Below, in pieces: positions 50,291 through 63,109 of a DNA stretch of 64,000 nucleotides. The first letter of the stretch is position 1. Every line of letters starts with the position of its first letter. The DNA comes from Callorhinchus milii (taxonomy: Eukaryota), in contig NW_024704742.1 in NCBI RefSeq assembly GCF_018977255.1, positions 121,026,001 through 121,090,000 of the forward strand. The letters run 5' to 3'. A program made the position numbers and the translations under genes. The notes under the pieces are model-generated. The model was given only the letters and a program-made list of their open reading frames with translations, ran no database searches and was not told the origin of the DNA.

Positions 50291-52868
50291 AATCTACCAT
50301 TATCAAGCAAATGAATAAAACCTGATCTGAAGATGTATCCTCCACTTATTTGTCAGTATCTTTAGGAATTTTAATTGTGAGGAGATTCTTAGAGTAAATG
50401 CCTGCATTTCATTGAAGCTTAAACACAACAATAAATAATAATCCTTGCTTTTGATATAGCACTTACAAGATTAATGTCTCAAAATGCTTCTCAACTACAA
50501 CAGCATATTAAATTTGGATAGTGCCTTTCATGTCGGGAGCATGGTCAAGGATTTGAATCCAAGCTGGGGTTTTTTGGTCAGCCGGATGTCTGGCAATAGC
50601 GGAAAGATGCTACCCTGTGTGGAGGGTGCAATATAAGTGCAAGTTGCTGCTGCTGTTGTATCCCTGTATGAGAAGCAGTCAAATTACAAGAGCAGTATTT
50701 TTCCGAAAACCGATTTACATTGCCTGTTCAGTGAATAATCAATGCACTGAGACAAGACCCCTCTAAAATTATATACATTATACATAACTTACCGAAATAC
50801 AAACAAAAATAAGATCTCCACTGGTTTCATTGGTTTGTGCTACGTTGGCTGATGTCCATCACAGCAGCAGTTGGACATTAAATTAGCAAACAATTCAAAT
50901 TCTCTTAAAATATGTTTTGGTCACAGGAAATCAGGAAAACAATGAGGATTTTAAATGTTGCGTTTGACTATGTATAATTTAATTTTTTTAATAAAGATTA
51001 GGTTTAAATGACATATAAACTAAGGTCCCAACTATTCTAATGGCAATTAAAGATCACAATACAAAATTACATTTGTATAGCTCCTTTCACGTCAGGGGGA
51101 CAATGCACTAATTTCGAACAATCCCTTTCAGTGCTCCTTTCCTTAAGTTTACAACGTACAATCGCATTGGACTATCCCAAATACAGGTCTTGAAATTCAT
51201 ACAAATGCTGCATTCCAAACAAAAGCTTTGTTTTGCTTTTGGAGTGAAGAAGTTCTCTTTGCCACTTCCATCATCTTTAACTTTTGCTGAGGTAAAAAAA
51301 CATCACCAGCACAACTTCACTGATAGCCCTCGGATACCTTGCCAAATAGTGATTTATGTGTTCCCCTAAACTTCCGAGTGTCAGCAGAATCTTCAACTAT
51401 GCAAGGATTCACAGATATATTATCCTGCTCTCATCCAAAGAACACAACTAGCTTGGTGGTGGGGTGGGGGGGAGAGAAAGCAAGAATCCTACTTGATTTT
51501 ACATTTCTCTAACCTCATGTGATGAGACCATTTGTGCCCCACAGGCTAACCTGGGATAGGATTAATTAACTTAGCACAGCCAAGGAATTAAACATGCATC
51601 CCGCTGGTGTGCATGCCTGGGTAGTGCCTTTACACATCAGAAGAGCTCAATTAGAGTCAAAGAAACTTCAGTACAGAAGAGAGATTCAGCCCATTGTGCA
51701 TGTGCTGGCTCTCAGCTACATATTTCAATTTTTTCATTTTTTTCTCCATACATTTTCGTATCATGAACCTTCATCCATTTATCCTATTGCTTTTCAATAT
51801 TGTAATTGTCAACTTGAAAAGCCACATGCGATATAGTATTCCAAATTCCTAATAAGCATTGTGTGAAAAAGTTGCTTCTATCCTACCCACTAAAATTCTC
51901 GTAATAACCTTAACAATCTGTCACTATTTACCCTCTCACTTTTATAATTTAGATGCATCTTTTAGATCCCTTAACTTTCTCTGCTTCAGATTTGTAAACT
52001 TTTTATCATAACTTGTATCATTGCCTTCCTCATGGTGAATCTAAACTGTACTCTCCCAATGCCTCTGATATTTATTTTATAATGGGGGAGGAAAAGGAGG
52101 TCCAAAACTGGACTCCATAATCCAGTTGTGGATTTTCTGTAGATTCATCGGTTCTTTACTTTTACATTCAATGCTCTATATATGTCTTATGCAACACGAT
52201 GGCCTGACAAGCTCTAAAGGCAGTGTAGAGGAGAACAATGCAGATGATCCAGTGTTACAGGAATGAGCTAAGATTATACAAACTAAGGCTCTGCAGACTT
52301 GACATATCTCAGAGGGGACCTGATGGAATTACAATATAAGATTTTAAATGGGATTGAGAAGGCAAACTCAAAACAATACTTTTGGATGCACTGAGACAGA
52401 ACCAATGGATAAAGTTTTAGGCTCGCAAAGGGTATCAGACTCTACCACTGACAAGTTCTCTGGGACACTATCCGTATGAAGGGCACTATATAAACCTAAG
52501 TTGTTGCTGTTAGAACAGGTTAACAAGCAGGGTTAACAGCTCAGTGCTGAAATGGTAGGATGGTAGTGTGGCTATTCTGGAAGCATAAGATCAAATGGGT
52601 TAAAGGACCTTCTTCATCTGAAATTCTCTTGTGATTTTCTCATTTTATGTTTTTTTTGCACTTACAATCACACTTCCAAAGTTCTATGTGCAACTAAAGA
52701 TTTCTCTGTTCCTCCACAGATTGGGGGATTTTAACATTAGTTTCTGGCCTGCGAGCCCCCCGGCTGTTTACCTGATATCATTGTGAGAGGGACGGCTCCC
52801 GAATCCCATGTGTGGTGTGGCACGAGAGACAAATCGGCTTCACTCGGAGGCCCCGCTGTTGTGATTGT

Positions 52869-52869
<1 letters not shown>

Positions 52870-52905
<36 letters not shown>

Positions 52906-53240
52906 AGAATGTTTATGATTGTCTTTGTGTATGTTTCTCTACACCAACAAAATTACATTTGTATAGCGCTTAACATGTCGGGAGGATGTCTATATGCATT
53001 TGTGTGTGTGTGTGTTTCTCTCTCTCTCTGTTTGTGAGTATGTCTGTGTCTCCCTCTCCTATATGTGTTTGTGGGTATGCCTGTGTATGTCTTTCTAGGT
53101 GTTTGTGAGTGTCTCGCTGAGAATGTGTGTCTGTGTCTGAGTGTGTGTCTCTCTGTGTATGTGTCTCTCTGTGAGTCTGTGTATGTGTGTCTCTCTGTGT
53201 GTCTGTGTATGTGTGTCTCTCTGTGTGTGTCTCTCTTTCT
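52870..53240. repeat. (GT)n microsatellite and degenerate (GT/CT)n low-complexity tract
   Basis: Visible dinucleotide runs, which explain the CVCV/THTQ-type ORFs here. Confidence 0.95.
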
Positions 53241-54238
53241 CTGGGTCTGTGCACGGTACTGTCATCAGCAGTGCCCTGGAGTACTGCAGACCTGCTTGGC
53301 TCAGGAACTGGACTACCGAGACCGCCACAGAGGGTTAGCTCGATTATGACATTCTGTTACCAAACATGTCACCTTGGAGCTAGTCTAGCTCCTGCTTACC
53401 TCCCCACCAAGGACAGTCACTTGATGGATTAGTCATTTGAAGCGAAATGTAAAATGAAATAAGATGAATATGCAGTTCTACCTAGAGACATCCAGAATGA
53501 TACAGAGGTGCCTATGGTAGAACAATTTTAATTACTTAATCAAGGCTGCCAAAAAAAATCTATTGCTCTTTTAACACATTTTAAAATTTAAATTACAGCA
53601 CAATTACAGAAATCCACTGTACAATGCCCCCCAGCACCTAAAAGGTTATTTTCAGGATACGAACATAAGTGAAACTTGGCAGGATTTGAACACTCCTGAT
53701 AGCCAATACTTTCTGCTACCTCAGGGATGCATCCAACAACATGAACGATACACAATATTGTAAATCATTCTCTCCAACACTTTAGAACACCTGTTCATTA
53801 CAACACATCATTTCTAGTTCCAAGTATTGTAATTAGTTCAAGAGAGCAGATTGGGACAGGACAATACTAGATTTTTTTTTGCTAAAAACACAACAAATAA
53901 TCTCAACCTAAATTTCATTAGATTTTTGAATAACTAAAATCTAACAGAGAATTTTATTAAGGCTTTAAATTAAGCTACACTCAGTCATGAAGCTAATCTA
54001 ACAGCAAAAAGAAGAGAACAATCGGAAAAGACCTTAAACCTAATTTTAAACATCCCAGATGTTCCAAAAGACAAAATTAATTTACACCCAACTTACTACA
54101 AAGGTAAGTTGATAATGCAAACACCATGAAGGCCTATGAGTTAAGCTGCTTAACTGAGTAATTGTAAAGAATGCAGTGGTGTCTGTTGAACTATGAGATA
54201 CTTTACTTGGAGATAGTATTAATGAAAATATAACCCAC

Positions 54239-54376
54239 CAGCAAAACAGAATAGAAACCAGGATGTGTTTCCCATTGTTTCAGCTGCTCTTCAGCTGGCT
54301 TCAGTACAACTGTGTCTTGACTGGTTGCTTGAGTCAAGGCCTGTAGGACAATAGTGCTGGCACTCGTGATATCCAT
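54239..54376 (-). CDS. IPO11: Importin-11, coding exon 1 (ATG at 54376; exon acceptor at 54383)
   Basis: Translates MDITSASTIVLQALTQATSQDTVVLKPAEEQLKQWETHPGFYSVLL, the importin-11 N-terminus. Acceptor ttcccag lies 7 nt before the ATG; donor GTGGGT; 138 nt, phase 0. Confidence 0.97.
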
Positions 54377-55056
54377 AGAGAACCTGGGAAGCAAGCAAAC
54401 AGCACTTTCAGCATTTATGTTCATAAAGGTTAATCACAGAAAATAAATGAATATCAACAGGAAAGTCACAAATAATATTTCTATTATTTTTTAAACTGCA
54501 AGACTCATTTACAGCACACTCATTGGAAGATACAAAAAGACTGAGATAGCAAAGGTGCATTTTATCGAGAATGATGTTGCAAAAATTAATTATTAACGAA
54601 TGAATGATACTACACTTCACTTTAAACTCATTGTAATACAATGAAAACCAGAACATTACAAATCATAGTTTATCACAAAGAAATGTAGGTAGCTTAGGTT
54701 AAGCAAGAGGTTAACTGCATATGGAAGTCAAATAAAGTAGTTAGTTATGGATCTTAACATGTAATCTTAATTACAATAATATTAAGGATATTACTTATAT
54801 AGCTAAATTTAGTTCAGTTCATTTAAACTGACACCAGCTAGTGCAGCACTTAGCCATGCAGCCCATAAGGTTGCAGGTTCAAATCTTGGTCTATGCTGTT
54901 AGCTGATCTTAGTTGGGAAAGTAGAACTCCATTATTACACAGTTGGGGTCCATAAAATCTCAACCTGCATATTGTTGATTAATTTTGTGACCCTGTGGTG
55001 AAGTAATGACCGACACAAATTCTTCAATTGATATTTATTAATACAAATTAGTTATA

Positions 55057-55344
55057 TAATAATAATCCTTGCATTTGATACAACGCTTTTCACGTCTTCT
55101 AGATGTCCCAAAGCGCTTCACATATATATTTGAGGGCGAACGCGGCAGCCAATTGCGCACAGCAATGTCCCACAGACAGTCGTGGATTGAAAATGACCAA
55201 TTTATTATTGTTTTGTTTTTTTGGAGGGATTATTATTAGGCGTGTGGAGTAAGGAAACTTGCCCAAGGTTTCGCTCTGCCTGGAATTGAACTCAGGTCTC
55301 TCACTTGCACAGCGAGTGCTCTAACCACTGAGCTACAGGACTCC
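55057..55344 (-). mobile_element. Same tRNA-SINE, short subfamily
   Basis: Reverse complement of the 48539-48855 type, with a short internal deletion. Confidence 0.92.
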
Positions 55345-55397
55345 TTATGTTATGTAATGCATATCAAGTTCTACGTTTCATCAAATCAAATTAATGC

Positions 55398-55803
55398 TCC
55401 CACCACCCTTTCAGACAATGCATTCCAGGTCCAAACAACTCACGGTGTGAAAAAATTGTCTATGTCTATCTATGTCCTTTTGCAGTCTGCTACTATCTTC
55501 CTCACCGTTTACTACTTTTCCTAGCTTAGTACCATCTATAAACTTGGAAATTGTACTCCCTATACCCAAGTCCAGGTCATTTATATAGATCAAAAACAGC
55601 AGTGGTCCTAATACCAACCCCTGGGGGACACCACTGCACATTTCCCTCCAGTCAGAAAAACAACTGTTCACCATCACTCTCCGCGTTGTCTCCCAGCCAG
55701 TTCTGTATCCATGCTGCCACTGTCCCTTTAATACCGTGGGCTTCTATTTTGCTTACAAGTCCCTTATGTGGCACTTTATGAAACGCCTTTTGAAAATCCA
55801 AGT
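55398..55803 (-). mobile_element. CR1 RT fragment with deletion
   Basis: LDFQKAFHKVPH and GVPQGLVLGPLLFLIYINDLD motifs. Confidence 0.88.
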
Positions 55804-57221
55804 TGCTTGAGTTGACCAAAGGGTTGACCAAAGAAAAATCGCGGAAGCTCAAGGACTTGTTTCTTCAAGAAAGCTGTATCTGCTTGAAAGCCAAGGACGG
55901 TGGAAGACTTGTTTTGAAACAAGCTGTTGAAATTTTGATAAAGTTTGTACTTAGTTTGCAGCTGGCGTTTCTAACATTACATTGAACAGGCTTTTTGGTG
56001 TGTGACCAAAAAGGTATAAAGTATCAAGAGATTTTTGGGGTTAGATCAAAGAGAGAATGGAGCAGCTAATCGCAACCAATCTCGAGGAAAGGGATATACT
56101 ACAATCAACATGGATCGATGCACATTAACAAGCCGACTTTGACATCAAAGCCATTATATTGATCCGATCAACCCATTTTGGGATCAATCCATTTTACTAA
56201 CCTGTCCTAAGCATTACTTTGATTTGATGAAACGTATAACTTTGATATGCATTTTCTTTACTAATCTTTAATTAAATTTTACTATTTGAAAGGAAACTTT
56301 TGTTGGTTCTTACTTCACTGCAGGGTCCTGAATTTATTTAACCCTTACAACGGTAATAAGCAGCAATAACTGGTTTCACTGTGCACTATGTGGCTCGCTT
56401 CCTGTAGTCTGGATAGATCCGTACTAAAAGAAAAATGGCCACCTTCCACGTCATCAGGTCACTGCCAACATCACTTCCCATTTGCTATGCGTTCACAAAG
56501 CAGGAAGTGAGACTGGCGGTGACCTGGTGATGGCCTTATTTTAAGCTAAACTTAGCTGTAAACTAAAATGGTCAACTTTCAGAACATTAGGTTGCCGCTG
56601 ATATCTCTTGCTGCTCTGCACATTCACAGCAAAGCAGTAGCCTGATGATCTCAAAACCACTCATTTTGAGCGAAAGCTCCTGTCTAGTGCACAGGTGAAC
56701 GTGTTCCACAGTAAAACCACATAATAAGTGAATATGCAACCGAGCTACATTTAATTTACCCCAGGTCCCTCTGGTCTGGGAGGTGGAGGGCAGAAAATCA
56801 GATAGAAGTTATATTTTTAACTGCCTAATGGAAAGTGGTTTTGTATGTGTGTGTGTGTGTTGCCACAAGCAAGGACATTTAGTGAGGACATGATCATGCT
56901 CAGCCTTGATATCGCTTACAGACAAAAATCTCTGCCAGATTTGAGAAATGTTTACAGGTCGAATAAGCAATATTTTTGTGTTTCCCTTCCAGAAACGTAA
57001 TCCTTCGGATCCATATAGAAATTGTATGTTTTCAATTGTGTAACTGTATTACTTAGTTTCACTATATTTTAGTTTCATTGCAAGCTTTCGATGGGGAGAG
57101 GAGCAGCAACAGCAAGCAACAACACTGCTCTCACTGCACTGTGCCACGTGGATGCAATTTTTATTCAAAAATAAGCTAGGGGTTGCAGTTCCCATTACTA
57201 TCCCTCATCAAGTCAAATTGT

Positions 57222-57572
57222 GGAGTCCTATAGTTCAGTGGTGAGAGCAGTCACCTCGCAAGTGAGAGACTTGGGTTTGATTCCCAGCAGGGTGAAACAT
57301 TGGCAAGTTTCCTTACTCACACGGCTGTTTACCCAGCAGTAAGCAGGAACCCGGTTGTTAGTCGATTGGTGGATCGCTTTTCCGGGGGTAATAATTCCTT
57401 CAAAAAAAAATTGGTCACTCAATCCATGACTGTTTGTGGTACACTGCTGTGCTGCATTTTGCCCACAAAATATACAGTCAATTCACTTTACAGTATATTC
57501 TGAGAAGTGCTTTGAGATGTCTCGAAGACATAAGGCCCTATATCAAATACAAGGATTATTATTATTTATTAT
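57222..57572 (+). mobile_element. tRNA-SINE, long subfamily
   Basis: Head, extra segment, core and tail present. Confidence 0.88.
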
Positions 57573-58214
57573 TTTCTGTATCTGCATCTCTCTCCATCTG
57601 CATGTGTTGCTGTATCTCTATTTTGCTCTCTCTCTCTGTGACTCTGTATCTCTCTCTCTGTTTGAAAGTGTTTGACAGGCTCTGCTGTTAACCACTGTTT
57701 TTCCTACTGGGTCAGACCAAGCCTGGGTCCAGACACAGTGCAATTGTGTTCATGGGTTGGAGGAAACCATCACCCGGGTCGGATGCAGCCCGAGGGCTGA
57801 CAGTTGGATCACCCTGATGTAAATCATAATTGTGCACATCCTGTTGAAAGAGTGGGAAAATATCAATGTGACACTGAGTCATGAAGACTAGAAAGCTCCT
57901 AGTTCACTGGTCTGTACTGAGTCAGTTAATTTCAGCTTGGACACTGATTGTAGCCTTATACTGTAATCTGCTTAACAAAAAGGTTCCAATGCCTAATAGT
58001 TATCCAATGAGTCCTACTGGTATAAGTAAACATCACTCGATAACAGGATGAGGCTCCAATGTAAAATATCCTGTCAATGCAATTCTAGTCCATGACCTTC
58101 GACCTCACTTAATCAAGTAGGGGAGGGTTTTTTCCCTGCCGTCTGCCAAATGGATCTACAATATTCTATCACTGGGTAGAACAACTACCCACGTAGCGCC
58201 CTTCATGAGGGGTA

Positions 58215-58480
58215 GCCTTCAGCTCCCCTCTCGACTCTCTTCCCCCTCCTCGCTCCCTCCCTTCCCTCCCCTCACCCTGACCATTTCCCCCCTCCTTGCT
58301 CCCTCCCTTCCCTCCCCTCACCCTGACCATTTCCCCCCTCCTCGCTCCCTCCCTTCCCTCCCCTCACCCTGACCATTTCCCCCCTGCTCGGGTCATGACC
58401 CAACTGTGCAGCGCCTTGGGACGTCCTCCTGACGTGAAAGGCTCTTTATAAATGGAATCTTGTTGTTGTTGTTGTTGTTG
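58215..58480 (+). mobile_element. Young L2 3'UTR insertion
   Basis: Matches 8990-9195; three copies of the pyrimidine-rich UTR unit; (TTG)7 tail. Confidence 0.92.
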
Positions 58481-59989
58481 TAGCGTCTCTGAGCTCTAAA
58501 CAATGGCGTTGTGTGTTGCTGAACTGGAAGCGGAAGAGGAGGTGGCCGTGGGCACAGTAGAAAGGTGCGATCCTTAGATGGGCAAAGAGGGGGCGAGACG
58601 GAAGGTGTTCCAAAGTTTCAGGGTGTAGTGACTGAAGGCACAGCCACCAATTGTGCAGCAGAAGCTAATTAATGTTGCTTAGCAAGAGAAAATGAAAATT
58701 GGCAATAACAGTTAAGAAGAAAATCTGAAGAAAATATGAGAACACATCAGGAATATTTCAATGAATGAAACATAATAGGTTTCTGCGCCTTGGGACATCC
58801 TCCTGACATGAAAAGTGCTTTACAAATGTAATTTTGTTGTTTTTGCTGTTTGCCACATGGAAAAAATACAATGTTCCAAGAGTCTGTGAAACAGGATGAA
58901 CAGAGGCTTATCGCACACTGACATCTAGAGGTTTGCAATGCAATGAGCCAAAAAAAACAAATGCACATCACATTATAGCAAGAACACAAATAAACACTAT
59001 TTTCCCTCTATATTTCAATACTGATCTTTAAACCTATGTGAGCTAACTCGTGTCACTGGCACAGGTACAACAATTTAGGTACATCTATAACTGGTAATAA
59101 GGAATTGGAGAACTCTTAAATTAGTACTTTATTTCAGCCTTCATATTTGGAGAACATTGATAAAATACCAATGAAATCTAAAATGAACTAATGGAGAGGT
59201 GCAAAGTTGCCTCCTACGGTAACAAGCTGGTGCACAAACAGTCAAACTTCATAGTATAGTGTGCATCTCCAATGCCATGAGCAGAGGCTGGGAGACAGCT
59301 TTCACTTGTCGCCAACAGCAATATATAAAGAAAGCAGAATTTTATAACCTTGCAAAATAAAGTCAATCCTGGTAGGTCTAGAGGTTTTAGTCTACAACTT
59401 AGTCACAAAGCCAACTCACAGAGTGATTCGGCAAAAGCAACTGCTTGCTTATCATAGTGACAATGACTTTATTATCATTCCTACATGTTATGCAATATTA
59501 TGACTAATATAATTATGAAGCCCTATGCTAAGTTAGGTAATTTCAACTGTGTTAGTTATACTTATAGCACAGTTAAAGGCTGTTGGAGAATTTTTTCCGA
59601 AGAGTTTACAAATCTGCAGGTTTAAGTTGTCTTCAGCTCTTACTCCTTGTGTCCAGTAAATTGTTCCATTTAATCTTATGCAGTAAACAATAATAATCCT
59701 TGCATTTGATGTCACGTCTTCAATACGTCTCAAAGCGCTTCACAGAATGCACTGCAAAGTGAATTGACCGTATTTTGTGGGTGAAATGCAGCAGCCAATT
59801 GCGCACAGCAGTGTCCCACAAACAGTCGAGGATTGGCTGACCAATTTTTTATTAAATAAATTGAATAGGAGATGGTGGGGGGGCGGTGGCGGTGATGGCT
59901 TTAGATTTGTAGGGGCGCAGTGAGGGTGGGACAGACAATCTCTCTCTCTCTACCTCCCCTTCCTTCCTCCCTCCCTCCTCTCCCTCCCC

Positions 59990-60270
59990 CCCGCTCCTGA
60001 CCCTTTCCTTCGACCGGTCACAGGACTGATGCTCGCTGTTTACTCCCCCGGCCTGGGAGCCACAGCCTGGCGTCGCTCAGCTTCCAGGAATACTCCGAAT
60101 TCCAATTCCGAAGGAACACAAAGCCTCCAGCTGGCTCCTCGCTGTGCCAGGATCACCGGGAACGCTGTCCAACTGATTTACCATCAACCCCACCTGTCCT
60201 CGTGAAGTAATCATTAGTTACTGCATCACAAGCATTCAGAGTGACTTGCTACTACCCTCTACTGGCAACC
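59990..60270 (-). promoter_or_regulatory. Candidate CpG-rich regulatory region or IPO11 non-coding 5' exon
   Basis: Non-repeat GC/CpG-enriched patch upstream of the first coding exon; possible minus-strand donors (GTAAAC near 60040, GTAAAT near 60180); CTCF-like motif at 60251-60266. Unverified. Confidence 0.3.
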
Positions 60271-61962
60271 AGAAAAAAGTAGTGAAGCTGCAAATTTACA
60301 ATCACTGAACCAAATACCCACAGATTTTAACAAAATATTTATAAGTGTAAATCTAGTACTGAATCATTTGCATAAACATTTGTATTTTATGAATACACAA
60401 AATTAAAGAGGCATAGGCCAGTGTGCACAGCATCTAAAAAATTAATTTTATATCCATTATCTTACAATATTAAAGAAATGAAACTCAAACATATACTGAG
60501 CAGTAATTACAACATTAGACACTGGTTTAGAAGATGCACTAAATCGCCTCAATATAATAAAAGCCCATTTCTGCCACCAAAATATTTTTTNCCAGTACAT
60601 TTACTCACTATTATAGGATATCATTGCATTTTGAACAAAACCACTTGGTGCACCTCCATTATATTGCTTGGTACATTGTTCCAATATAAAGTGATTTATA
60701 AATGAAAATCATACAAATTTGTTTCATTATCCAATCCAGCTCTATGAAAACAATACATAAAATGAGAGAATGTAATTAGTTCTATCAAGGCCTCTCCTTA
60801 CAACTATCAGGGTCTTTCCCTTCACAACATTAATCTTTTGGGGGAAACGTGGTGCAGAAATTTCACCTCAAACCCCTTTAGGGTTATCAAACAGAACTGC
60901 AGAATATAGATCCAATCCACTTGTCCTATTATACAGGACCTGGTTTCCCAGACTCAATGCAAGATCGTTAAATTCACAGATAAGATCAGCCTATGGCACC
61001 ACAGACTGTAGGGGGGTAAGGGGAAGGAGGAAATCAAAAGAAGCAGTCAGGACCTTACAACAAGAGCACAACAGGGTATGCACCGGAGCTCATCACTGAA
61101 AAATTAAGTACAAACAGTATACAAGTTACTGTGCATAGAACTAAAAATAAGTGTCCATGGATGGGCTAACATTTGCCAAGGGAAAGTTGACTTGTTGAAC
61201 TCACTATTTGGGGCAAACATAACAAAGCATAACAGGATTTGGCATACATTGGAATAGAAATCAGTTCAGATCCAATCTTCAAAAGTTATGCTCAGACTAT
61301 ACAGTGCTCTAGTCAGGCTCAATCTGGTCACCACAAAAATATGTGGGCCTGCTAGTGTGAAAGGGAGTGAAAAGCAGAGTAACGAGGCTGATCCCTAATA
61401 TTAGAGGGTTGGTTTGGGAGGAATAACTCGGTAAACTCGAGTTCTTCACTCTCAAAAAGAGACATCCCAGAGGTAGAAAAGATACTAAACAATATTTAAC
61501 TTATAACCATACCCACAAAACAGCAGCACAAAAGGGCACAGGTTCAGGGTTGGGAAGCACAAGTTTAGAATTTACTTGGGAGTATGTTTTTGACAGAGGG
61601 CAATTAGCAAATAGAATAAGGTACCAAGGAAAGGTGGTTGAGGCATACAGCTGGTCATATTTAAGAAATTAAGCGAATAGATTTCTTCATTCATTGAATT
61701 GCTTAAACTGTTCAGCATGAAAACAGGCCATTTGGCCCAACTAGTCCACACCACGAGACTCCACCTCTCCTAATCCCCTCTCGCATACTACTATTCAAAT
61801 CTCTCGTAACTTATCTGCATGGTTTTGAAAACTAAGGTGGAACTGCTTTGTATTGACTATATGAGCAATATTCAAGGACAGTCTAAAACTCCACCGCAGT
61901 CTGTAAGACACTCTAACCTACACTCACCTTATCCTGCTACTTCCTCTTTCCACCTTAATCCT

Positions 61963-62272
61963 TAATAATAATCCTTGCATTTGATATAGCGCTTTTCACG
62001 TCAGGAGGACGTCCCAAAGCGCTTCACAGAACACACTGTAAAGTGAATTGACTGTATATTTGTGGGCGAACGCGGCAGCCAATTGCGCACAGCAATGTCC
62101 CACAAACAGTCATGGATTGAAAATGACCAATTTATTATTGTTTTTGGTTTTGGAGGGATTATTATTAGGCGTGTGGAGTAAGGAAACTTGCCCAAGGTTT
62201 CGCCCTGCCTGGAATTGAACTCAGGTCTCTAGCTTGCAAACCGAGTGCTCAACCACTGAGCTACAGGACTCC
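61963..62272 (-). mobile_element. Same tRNA-SINE, short subfamily
   Basis: Reverse complement, full length; flanks accttaatcct / accttaccct resemble an imperfect TSD. Confidence 0.92.
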
Positions 62273-63109
62273 ACCTTACCCTAAACTTAACAATATTAAT
62301 CCTTACATTTCAGATAGTGCCCTTCACATCAGAAGGATGGCCCAAAACATTTCAGAGGACATACAATCAAGTGCAGTGACTGTGTATTTTATACTTGCAC
62401 TTCTGTAACATTCCCATCTCTAGTTATTTTGTCACTGTTACTTGCTGAAACCCAAATTCACCTCTTCCTAACTTTACTGTTTTCAACTTCTATTCTAATT
62501 CCAATTCAAAGTTTTATATTCCTGCTTCTCGCCTTAACTTCCTTAATCCAACTTCAAATGCCTCTGGCTCAATTCATAACTCGATTGCTGAATTCCTTTG
62601 CTCTCTCAATCACACCATCAAACAACAACTTGCATTTATATCCCTCCCCCATGCATGGTAGAGTCCCAGTGCGCTCGGGACCACTTACATAATTCTTCAG
62701 AGTTGTTCCAACTTATCAATCCAAAAAAATGAATCCATCAACTCCAACTATCCTTTGCTGAGATCAAATTTGATGATTACAATTCTCAGCCAATTGAGCC
62801 ATGAGTTCTAATCTTTCACAAATCAATTAGCATTGATAGTTACCCAAGAAAATTATTTGATGGGAGTTAATTGATGCAACAACTGCTTTGTTTGGAAGTC
62901 TATTCACATATCCACTATTTAGCAAGGAAACATTATCCAGTTTTATCATGCTTATGCATTTTTAATTTCTAGTCTAAGCACTCCAAGATGCTATCCTGTG
63001 TGAAGGATAGTTATATAAATGCAAGTTGTTGCTGTGCTGCCTGTTACATTGCCTGCTGACATCTACAATCATAGATTTGCATAGAATATACAACTTTTGA
63101 ACTACAGGT

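Noticed and set aside
52783..53432. ORFs rich in CV/TH repeats
   Set aside because: Translations of dinucleotide microsatellite.
60591..60591. Single N base
   Set aside because: Assembly ambiguity in a homopolymer context, not a biological feature.
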